This document shows positions 1-6,853 of a DNA stretch of 10,617 bases, piece after piece. The stretch is taken from contig CAXSGP010000029.1 in assembly GCA_964236955.1 (NCBI GenBank), positions 1 to 10,617 on the forward strand. Reading direction: 5' to 3'. Under the pieces are notes generated by a model. The model was not told the DNA's origin and searched no databases. It saw nothing but the letters and a program-made list of their open reading frames with translations. The stretch comes from an uncultured Oligoflexus sp. Its GTDB lineage: Bacteria > Bdellovibrionota_B > Oligoflexia > Oligoflexales > Oligoflexaceae. Position 1 is the first letter of the stretch. Each line of letters begins with the position of its first letter. The position numbers were made by a program, and so were the translations under genes.

Positions 1-16
1 ATAAATAATGAGGCGA

Positions 17-1141
17 TCAGTGCAGTAAAGCCTGCAATTGCTGATTGGTTTCGGCATCCAGGGCAAACCTCGGGTCGCGCTGCGAAAGTGAGCTTAACAG
101 GCTCCAGCATCGCGTCGCGTCCATGCTTTGGGGGGAGGCCCGAATACAGGCTTCGTAGAAATCTTCGGCGCCAAGCCAAACCCCCTGCATGGGAATCTTC
201 TCCCGCAGCTCTCCTGCCATCTGAAAGGCTCTGGTCTTCTGTTCGAGAGTCCCGTTCTGCTGGATGCGCCGCAGCTCGAACATGGCTCGAGCATATTGCA
301 CCAGTCCCGAGTCCGGCATGAGTCTATTGTTAATATCACCATTGACGATCAAAACGCGGGCATGCTCCAAAAGTTCAATAGGCCGGCTCGGCGGCTGTCG
401 CTCAAGGCCCCACGCTTTCCCTGTGGTTCGCCAGAAGCTAAGCAGATCTTTTTGTTTTTTGCTTAGGGCACCGCTTTGAAGAAGATTCGACGTCACATCG
501 ACAAAGGTATACGGACTGCCACTACTCTCAATTGCGAGGGCAATGACATTGAGCGCAGCCCGATCCCAGATATCGGGACGCGAACTGGCGGCTCCACGCG
601 TGACAAGAATTTTTTCATAGTAGAGCAGAGCGTCGTTAGGCCGGCCTGAGAATTTATAAAAATCAGCTAATTCAATGAGAGTGATCCGGGCAATGGGTTG
701 CAGAGCGGCCCAAGTGGGTTTGGCCGAGGTCGCATGGCACTCCGTGCAGACCTGTAGCATATGCCGCAAGGCATATGCAATTTGGGGGGAGGCGCCCCGC
801 TGAAACGCCTGTTCCATTTGATCGAGTGCCTGAGGAGGGTTGATTCCCAGGAATGCCAGGACTGGATTGATCCGTCCCGTTGTGGCCTTGGCTTGCACGG
901 GGTGAGCGAGGCCTTTCAATTTGGCGATGGCCCCACTCAGCTGGGGCTTGTCGGCTGGTAAGGGCGCCAATAGTTTCTCAAGAGAAAGTACAGAGTAACT
1001 TTCTCCAGCCGCTCGTTCGCTGGCATCGCTCATATTGCTAGCGGATCGCGGCCTGCTCAGCGCCCAGGGCGCCGGGATGAGCGGGAGGCCCGTAGTCACA
1101 ATCAGCATAAAAAACAGGCAAAATTTACCAGGATCTACCAT
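17..1141 (-). CDS. Exported monoheme c-type cytochrome domain fused to a helical/TPR-like region (function unknown)
   Basis: The ORF track gives 17..1168 (GTG). I prefer ATG at 1141 because AGAGAGG lies 7 nt upstream and a signal-peptide-like hydrophobic stretch follows (KFCLFFMLIVTTGLPLIPAPWA). There is a single CxxCH motif, CTECH (nt 734-748), after a helical segment. TPR-like segments include LADFYKFSGRPNDALLYYEKIL, and there is a C-terminal Cys pair in YEACIRASPQSMDATRCW. Confidence 0.7.
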   Translation of the reverse strand: MVDPGKFCLFFMLIVTTGLPLIPAPWALSRPRSASNMSDASERAAGESYSVLSLEKLLAPLPADKPQLSGAIAKLKGLAHPVQAKATTGRINPVLAFLGINPPQALDQMEQAFQRGASPQIAYALRHMLQVCTECHATSAKPTWAALQPIARITLIELADFYKFSGRPNDALLYYEKILVTRGAASSRPDIWDRAALNVIALAIESSGSPYTFVDVTSNLLQSGALSKKQKDLLSFWRTTGKAWGLERQPPSRPIELLEHARVLIVNGDINNRLMPDSGLVQYARAMFELRRIQQNGTLEQKTRAFQMAGELREKIPMQGVWLGAEDFYEACIRASPQSMDATRCWSLLSSLSQRDPRFALDAETNQQLQALLH

Positions 1142-1199
1142 CGACAAACCTCTCTTTCCGAAATTCACTCAGTGACCAGCATTCCGGAAGAGGCAGGCT

Positions 1200-2111
1200 T
1201 CAGATTTCAGAATTCTTCTCAAGAATTTCCTTCAATCGGCCATTCATAAAAGTTTTGGACATCCAGAACACATCGGCCAGCTGGGCGACGATATCCTTGC
1301 CGGCATCGAGGTTGGCCAATTCCTTGCGGATCAGATAGGCTGGCGTCAGCAGTTTCGCGGCAAAGAGATTGGTCTGGACTTCGTTTATATAATTGGAATG
1401 CTCGTTCACCTCCAATGAGGATAGCACGCCTTCCTTGCCTAGAAAATGTTTACCCATCGCCTTGGCTATACCGTAGCGCACATAGGGCCGCATTTTAACA
1501 TCGAGGGGATATTCGATGGTGACCTTGCCTTCGACATCCAAAGTGCGAATCGCCTTGCCTTCCAACACGCCATCGTCCTCGATGGGACGAATCGTCAGAT
1601 CGGAGAAGGTCGCCGCAACCTCGGGCAGATAAAGCGGAGCTTCCTGAAAGGCAAGGCTGGTATGAATGGTGCGAACAACACGATTGATTTCAAATTCGTT
1701 GGTTTCGAATTGCTTCTTGAATTCGATTTCCTTGTCCTTGGTCCAGCTATTGGCATTACGGCGATAATAATCTTTTTTTGCGTTTTCCAAAAACTTGGGA
1801 TCCGGGGAGAAATCACCGTAACCCGTGAATTCAAAAAAAGCCTCGCCTTCAGTCATTTCACCCGAAGCGACATCGACAACCAGGCGTTCATCGACACCCA
1901 GGTGTTTGGCGATCGACTTCATGGCCTGGATCGAGCGAATATTCTTTTTGCCTTTTTTCCAGTGACTGCAATCGGCCGGATCAAATCCAAGTATCTGTCC
2001 TACGTCCTGATCGATGACGCGAATCCCGCCGAATTTGTGATCAAGCACACGTCGACAAAATTGAAAAAGATTTGCCGAGTTGGGGTATTTGGTGGCCGCG
2101 TCTTTCTTCAT
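1200..2111 (-). CDS. XRE-family HTH regulator fused to a degenerate ImmA/IrrE (peptidase M78-like) domain
   Basis: 303 aa with GGAGG 11 nt upstream of the ATG. The N-terminus has an XRE HTH pattern (DQDVGQILGFDPADCSHWKKGKKNI...MKSIAKHLGVD). The C-terminus has RYGIAKAMGKHFL (family pattern RFTxAHELGH), EVQTNLFAAKLLTP (family pattern ExxANxFAxxLLMP) and QLADVFWMSKTFMNGRL (family pattern LAxxFxVSxxAxxxRL). Confidence 0.85.
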   Translation of the reverse strand: MKKDAATKYPNSANLFQFCRRVLDHKFGGIRVIDQDVGQILGFDPADCSHWKKGKKNIRSIQAMKSIAKHLGVDERLVVDVASGEMTEGEAFFEFTGYGDFSPDPKFLENAKKDYYRRNANSWTKDKEIEFKKQFETNEFEINRVVRTIHTSLAFQEAPLYLPEVAATFSDLTIRPIEDDGVLEGKAIRTLDVEGKVTIEYPLDVKMRPYVRYGIAKAMGKHFLGKEGVLSSLEVNEHSNYINEVQTNLFAAKLLTPAYLIRKELANLDAGKDIVAQLADVFWMSKTFMNGRLKEILEKNSEI

Positions 2112-2157
2112 GAGAACATCTTCCTCCGTGAGAGATCCTGGAGTCCACTATTCGCCA

Positions 2158-2172
2158 TACCAATCATTGGTA
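2158..2172. promoter_or_regulatory. Perfect 15-bp palindrome TACCAAT-C-ATTGGTA, candidate operator
   Basis: 7-bp arms around a 1-nt centre, 46 bp upstream of the XRE gene start. The centre is too short for a full RNA hairpin, so a DNA-binding site is more likely. Confidence 0.4.
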
Positions 2173-2299
2173 ATACACCCTGACCGCCTGGTGACATCGG
2201 GATGGGCACTCGTGTCAGTCAAAAGCTTAGCACTAGCGATCGCCATCAGGAGCGCCGCATAGATAGTGACAGCGGTTAATCGGTCGGCTCCGCTCCTTA

Positions 2300-2314
2300 T
2301 TTACCTGAGGTAAA
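2300..2314. promoter_or_regulatory. Perfect 15-bp palindrome TTTACCT-G-AGGTAAA, candidate operator
   Basis: 7-bp arms around a 1-nt centre in the divergent XRE/clpS intergenic region. Confidence 0.35.
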
Positions 2315-2709
2315 CTCGGTGCTGGCCGCCCCGTGCCTTGTGTCAATATTTATACGACACTCAATGTACGAGGATAGCGCTTTGACGTAATAACTTTATT
2401 GCTTATTGGACCATATTCCCGTTTTAACACCGTTGACGGATGGGGTCAATCGCGGCTTGTGATTCGTTCAAATGAATTTTGCATGGAAAGCTACCTTCCC
2501 TTGGTCAATTCCTTAGGACTCAGTCGAGAGAACCCGGGCTTTTCTTAGGAAAAGCTTAGCCAGATCTTGCTAAATAAAGTCAGGCTTCTCAGTAATAATG
2601 CTAGGTCTCAGCTCGCTGTGCTCTTAATCTAGGTCACAGAACGTGAGGGCTTGGCAAAACTCTGCCGTCAGGATTGAAAAATTATATGAAGTCCGCACCT
2701 GCCTTAGAC

Positions 2710-2737
2710 TTGACTTGGTCTTATTCGATCTTATGGT
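2710..2737 (+). promoter_or_regulatory. Putative sigma70-type promoter of clpS-clpA
   Basis: TTGACT (2710-2715), a 16-nt spacer, then TATGGT (2732-2737), about 60-70 nt upstream of the clpS start. Confidence 0.45.
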
Positions 2738-2804
2738 CGAAGTTAGCATTAAAATGAGCGAGTATGTCGCTAAGGCTACGGTGTCGAGGAGGTCGGATTT
2801 GCAG

Positions 2805-3149
2805 ATGATTGGATGGTTGGCAAACAAACCCGTGACCACTGCCGGAGACAACAAGCCCGACACGAGCGTTGTGATCAAAGAGCGGGTCAAGGTCCAACGT
2901 CCCCCTTTGTATGGGGTGATACTTCTTAACGATGACTACACTCCGATGGAGTTTGTCGTGATGGTTTTAGAGAAGTATTTTAATAAAGATCACGCGGGTG
3001 CAACCGAAGTTATGCTCAAAGTTCATACCGAAGGTCGAGCGCTTTGTGGTATATATCCCTATGAGATCGCTGAGACGAAAGTCACTCTTGTGACTCAGGA
3101 GGCACAGCGCGACGGACATCCCTTGCAATGCGTGGTTGAACGGACTTGA
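2805..3149 (+). CDS. clpS: ATP-dependent Clp protease adaptor ClpS
   Basis: Signature motifs PPLYGVILLNDDYTPMEFVV, MLKVHTEG, YPYEIAETKV and HPLQC, directly upstream of clpA. The Shine-Dalgarno AGGAGGT at 2787-2793 supports a start at ATG 2805 or in-frame TTG 2799 rather than GTG 2643. Confidence 0.96.
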   Translation: MIGWLANKPVTTAGDNKPDTSVVIKERVKVQRPPLYGVILLNDDYTPMEFVVMVLEKYFNKDHAGATEVMLKVHTEGRALCGIYPYEIAETKVTLVTQEAQRDGHPLQCVVERT

Positions 3150-3296
3150 GCCCAAGGCGGCAGCGTCGGAACTGTGACGCGCGATGATGTAGGAAAGAGA
3201 CCCGAGAGCGTTTCGAAGGAAACGACTCCATGAGTTTTTAGTGAAGGTTTTGAGCGGCAAGCCTGCCACAATAAAACGGAGGGACGTGCCATTAGC

Positions 3297-5582
3297 ATGC
3301 TAAGTCCTGATCTTGAAGTCAGCTTAAATTTAGCGGTATCGGAAGCAACCCGTCGTGGGCATCCCTACGTGACAGTGGAACATATACTCTATGCGCTTCT
3401 GCACAATGCGACTGCCCGCGAAGCTATTGAAGCCTGTGGGGGCGCTATCGATAGCGTCAGACGGGCTTTAGAGAGTTTCTTTGAGGAGCATATTGATAAC
3501 CATGCTCTGAAATCAGGGCAGTTGCCGCAGCCTACCATAGGCTTTCAGCGCGTTATTCAGCGAGCCGCGCAGCACGTACAGTCATCGGGCAAGGATAAGA
3601 TCCAAGGTGCCAACGTGTTGGTCGCGATCTATTCGGAAAAAGATTCTTTTGCAGTATTTTATCTGGAGCGGGAAAAGATCACGCGGCTAGATGTCGTACA
3701 GTATCTTTCGCATGGTCCGCATAAGGATGATGAAGAGGAAAGTGAAGACGGCGGTGAAGAGGGTCAATTTCTTCCCGGGCAGCAGAGCGAAGACAGCGGT
3801 GGCGGGCCCTCCTCGAAAGACGCCTTGGGTAAATATACCATAGATCTTGTCGAACGGGCGCGCGCCGGTAAAATCGATCCTTTGATCGGCCGCGACACCG
3901 AACTCGAACGTATCATGCAGATCCTTTGTCGACGCCGCAAAAACAATCCCCTGTTTGTTGGCGAAGCCGGTGTCGGTAAAACCGCGTTGGCTGAGGGTCT
4001 GGCCCTGATGGTCGTCAATGGGGAGGTTCCTCAGGCGCTGGAAGGCCTTAAGGTCTTTTCCCTTGATATGGGATCGCTCATCGCCGGTTCGAAGTTCCGA
4101 GGGGACTTTGAACAGCGCCTGAAAGGCGTTTTAAAGGCTTTGCACAAGTATCCGAAGCATGTTCTTTTCATCGACGAGATCCACACGATAGTAGGTGCCG
4201 GTGCCGTCGGTGGCGGGGCGCTTGATGCCTCGAATCTACTGAAGCCGGCTTTGGCTTCGGGCGAATTGCGTTGCATGGGCTCAACGACCTATAAAGAATA
4301 TCGCACGCATTTCGAAAGCGATCACGCTCTGGCGCGGCGGTTCCAAAAGATCGATATAGAAGAACCTTCGCATCAGGATGCCTTGAAGATCCTGCGTGGA
4401 CTCAAGGAAACCTACGAAAAGCATCACAATGTTCGCTATACTGCCGGGGCCTTGCAGTCAGCTGTCGAGCTTTCGGCGCGCTATATCAATGATAGAAAAT
4501 TGCCCGACAAGGCGATCGATGTCATCGATGAAGCTGCCGCAGCCTTGACGCTGCGTGGCGCCAAGAGCAAATCACGAACGATCACGACCGATATGATTCA
4601 GGCCGTCGTCGCCAAGATGGCCCGCATTCCTCTGACCAAGGTGAACTACAGTGAGCGGGAGCTGCTGAAAGACCTTGATTTGACCATTAAAGAACAGGTC
4701 TTCGGTCAGGATCGGGCGATCGAGGCTTTAGCCTCATCGATTAAACTTGCCCGTTCCGGTCTCGGCGATGACGAGCGTCCGATCGGGAGCTTTCTGTTCG
4801 CGGGTCCAACCGGGGTCGGTAAAACTGAAGTCGCGAAGCAGCTGGCGAAATCTCTCACGATCGATATCATTCGTTTCGATATGAGCGAATACATGGAACG
4901 GCATTCGGTATCGCGACTGATCGGGGCGCCTCCGGGTTATGTCGGTTTCGATCAGGGGGGATTGCTCACTGAGGCCATCAACAAAAGCCCGCATGCGGTT
5001 CTGCTGCTTGATGAGATTGAGAAAGCGCATCCGGATATGCAGAACATACTCCTGCAGGTCATGGATCATGGAACGCTGACCGATAACAATGGCCGCAAGA
5101 CCGATTTTCGCAATGTCATCCTTATCATGACGACGAATGCGGGTGCCAAGGAACTCAGTCAGCAAAGCATCGGCTTTGAGCAGTTGATACGTTCGAAGTC
5201 TGATATCCTGGGCCTGTCGAAAGCTGTCAAGGACATGTTCTCCCCCGAGTTCAGAAACCGTTTGAATGCGATTATAAACTTTGCGCCTCTGCCTATTGAA
5301 GTCGTCAAGATGGTGGCCAAAAAGTTTATCGATGATTTGAATACGAAGCTCCTTAAGAAGAAAGTCACGATGCTCTTCGACGATCAGGCTATCGAGTGGA
5401 TTGCCGTAAAGGGCTACGACGAGGCTTATGGCGCAAGGCCGATCCGGCGTTTGGTTGAAGAAAAGGTCAAGCAGCCACTGGCTGATGAGCTGCTCTTTGG
5501 TGAAATGGCGAACGGAGGAACGATAAAAGTCACGGTTAAAGAAGACGCTCTGAATTTCGAGTTCCTTAAAAAGGAGGGGTGA
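3297..5582 (+). CDS. clpA: ATP-dependent Clp protease ATP-binding subunit ClpA
   Basis: 761 aa. Clp N-domain (HPYVTVEHILYALL, PTIGFQRVIQRA), D1 Walker A GEAGVGKT and Walker B LFIDEIH, D2 Walker A GPTGVGKT and Walker B LLLDEIEK, pore loop GYVG and ClpP-docking loop SIGF. There is no long coiled-coil middle domain, and the gene is adjacent to clpS. Confidence 0.98.
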   Translation: MLSPDLEVSLNLAVSEATRRGHPYVTVEHILYALLHNATAREAIEACGGAIDSVRRALESFFEEHIDNHALKSGQLPQPTIGFQRVIQRAAQHVQSSGKDKIQGANVLVAIYSEKDSFAVFYLEREKITRLDVVQYLSHGPHKDDEEESEDGGEEGQFLPGQQSEDSGGGPSSKDALGKYTIDLVERARAGKIDPLIGRDTELERIMQILCRRRKNNPLFVGEAGVGKTALAEGLALMVVNGEVPQALEGLKVFSLDMGSLIAGSKFRGDFEQRLKGVLKALHKYPKHVLFIDEIHTIVGAGAVGGGALDASNLLKPALASGELRCMGSTTYKEYRTHFESDHALARRFQKIDIEEPSHQDALKILRGLKETYEKHHNVRYTAGALQSAVELSARYINDRKLPDKAIDVIDEAAAALTLRGAKSKSRTITTDMIQAVVAKMARIPLTKVNYSERELLKDLDLTIKEQVFGQDRAIEALASSIKLARSGLGDDERPIGSFLFAGPTGVGKTEVAKQLAKSLTIDIIRFDMSEYMERHSVSRLIGAPPGYVGFDQGGLLTEAINKSPHAVLLLDEIEKAHPDMQNILLQVMDHGTLTDNNGRKTDFRNVILIMTTNAGAKELSQQSIGFEQLIRSKSDILGLSKAVKDMFSPEFRNRLNAIINFAPLPIEVVKMVAKKFIDDLNTKLLKKKVTMLFDDQAIEWIAVKGYDEAYGARPIRRLVEEKVKQPLADELLFGEMANGGTIKVTVKEDALNFEFLKKEG

Positions 5583-5587
5583 TACGC

Positions 5588-6073
5588 ATGGAAGAGGGGC
5601 GTCGTACCTTGGAAAACAGGGTGACCTTTCAAAAAGCCAATGAACTTTTTGGAAGAATTCGGAGCCTGCCGGGCAAAAAGATGCTGACGCTCAGCATCCT
5701 GCTTGAGAATGACACCTCTGACTTCGTTTTCGATATCACCGACCAAGGGGTCGTTGGCTATCACGAAGAGCATGAACAACAGCTTATGGCTATGTTGGAG
5801 TACGGTATCCAGCATAGCGGGGGCCTGATCATTCGACAGTTCACGCCCATGACTTACGAAAGCCAAACCAGCAGCGGGCAAAGCGCAAGCTTTCCATACA
5901 AGCTGATCTATGCGATTTTTCTCGGTAATTCTGAATATTTCGTGCTCAGCAAAGAGGAGACTGAGGATGTCTGCTGCACGGATTCGCGCAGGGGAACCAA
6001 GTTAAAGAAAGAAGATGGCGTAATCTATAGGAGTCTGGAGTCTCCTCCCTCGAAAATGGTGGCGCCTTACTAA
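5588..6073 (+). CDS. Hypothetical protein (about 161 aa), translationally linked to clpA
   Basis: The ORF fills the gap between clpA and the GST gene. AAGGAGG at 5571-5577, inside the end of clpA, is 10 nt from ATG 5588. The alternative GTG 5579 overlaps the clpA stop (GTGA). I recognise no family motif. Confidence 0.7.
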   Translation: MEEGRRTLENRVTFQKANELFGRIRSLPGKKMLTLSILLENDTSDFVFDITDQGVVGYHEEHEQQLMAMLEYGIQHSGGLIIRQFTPMTYESQTSSGQSASFPYKLIYAIFLGNSEYFVLSKEETEDVCCTDSRRGTKLKKEDGVIYRSLESPPSKMVAPY

Positions 6074-6089
6074 AACGCTAGGAGTGTCC

Positions 6090-6770
6090 ATGACTGAAGC
6101 TAACCTCCATCTTATCAGTTTTGATCTCTGCCCCTTCGTTCAGCGGGCGATGATACTGCTCTATGAAAAGAATGCTGCGTTTGAAATTTCGTATATCGAT
6201 CTCGCGGCGAAACCAGATTGGTTTCTCAAGCTGTCCCCGCTCGGTAAAGTGCCAATCCTGCAGCTTGGCCAAACAGTGCTCTTTGAGTCTTCGGTGATCT
6301 GTGAATACATCGACGAAACCCACGGCGAACTTATGCTGCCGACGGATCCCCTGATCAAAGCTCAGCATCGATCCTGGATGGAATACAGTTCCATGTTGCT
6401 TGGATTGATCCACGGCGTGAATGCGGCACATGACGAAAATGAATTTGCTGCTAAGCGTCATGATCTGCATCAGAAACTTTCCCATTTGGAAGCGACGCTC
6501 AAGCAAGGCAAGGGACCCTTCTTCGGCGGCAGCAAATTTGGTATGGTCGATGCCTTTTATGGCCCGATATTCCGGCAATTCCAGGCATTTGCGCAATGGG
6601 GTGACTCCAGCTACCTGGCCGAGTTTCCCCGGCTTCAGGCTTGGGAGTCCAATGTTATGCGGAGGGAGTCGGTTCTCAAAGCAGTGCCCAAGGATTATAG
6701 TGAAAAGTTAAAGAATTCCCTAAAAACTAAAAATGGCTACTATAGCCGGAAGCTGAATCTGTCTTCATAA
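6090..6770 (+). CDS. Glutathione S-transferase family protein, Cys-type (omega/DHAR-like CPF motif)
   Basis: Motifs SFDLCPFVQR, KPDWFLKLSPLGKVP (cis-Pro loop), LFESSVICEYIDE and GPFFGGSKFGMVD. AGGAG at 6080-6084 lies 5 nt before ATG 6090. Confidence 0.93.
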   Translation: MTEANLHLISFDLCPFVQRAMILLYEKNAAFEISYIDLAAKPDWFLKLSPLGKVPILQLGQTVLFESSVICEYIDETHGELMLPTDPLIKAQHRSWMEYSSMLLGLIHGVNAAHDENEFAAKRHDLHQKLSHLEATLKQGKGPFFGGSKFGMVDAFYGPIFRQFQAFAQWGDSSYLAEFPRLQAWESNVMRRESVLKAVPKDYSEKLKNSLKTKNGYYSRKLNLSS

Positions 6771-6822
6771 CATTTAGCAAGTCGGTCCAGACCCCAGCTT
6801 TAAAATTGTAAAATTATGCCGA

Positions 6823-6851
6823 TGCCCTCAGAGAGACTATCTCTGGGGGCA
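6823..6851 (+). promoter_or_regulatory. 12-bp RNA hairpin covering the ribosome-binding region of the downstream gene
   Basis: TGCCCTCAGAGA-GACTA-TCTCTGGGGGCA forms 11 Watson-Crick pairs and one G-U pair on the + strand. It has no U-tract and ends 2 nt before TTG 6854. TAAAAT hexamers lie just upstream at 6801-6806 and 6809-6814. Confidence 0.55.
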
Positions 6852-6853
6852 CA

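Noticed and set aside
1200..2111. Prophage, ICE or defence-island interpretation of the XRE-ImmA gene
   Set aside because: There is no integrase, att-like repeat, toxin or phage gene nearby, no obvious compositional shift, and the peptidase motif is dead.
1446..2183. 245-aa plus-strand ORF
   Set aside because: It is an antisense shadow of the XRE/ImmA-like gene, with no recognisable motif and atypical composition.
2227..2253. CIRCE-like half-site TTAGCACT (also TTAGCATT at 2743-2750)
   Set aside because: There is no matching GAGTGCTAA arm at 9-nt spacing in either case.
2318..2346. Perfect TTGACA on the minus strand (2341-2346) as the XRE promoter -35 element
   Set aside because: No plausible -10 hexamer lies 16-18 nt downstream.
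2643..2804. 54-aa N-terminal extension of ClpS given by the ORF track
   Set aside because: The strong SD at 2787-2793 and the candidate promoter at 2710-2737 lie inside it. A start at 2799 or 2805 gives a normal ClpS length.
3721..3815. Acidic, Gly-rich low-complexity stretch in ClpA (KDDEEESEDGGEEG...SEDSGGG)
   Set aside because: This is the normal variable linker between the N-domain and D1 of ClpA.
6078..6596. 172-aa minus-strand ORF, plus other short ORFs overlapping clpA, the hypothetical gene, the barrel gene and oleC
   Set aside because: They overlap well-supported genes on the opposite strand or in another frame and carry no motifs.
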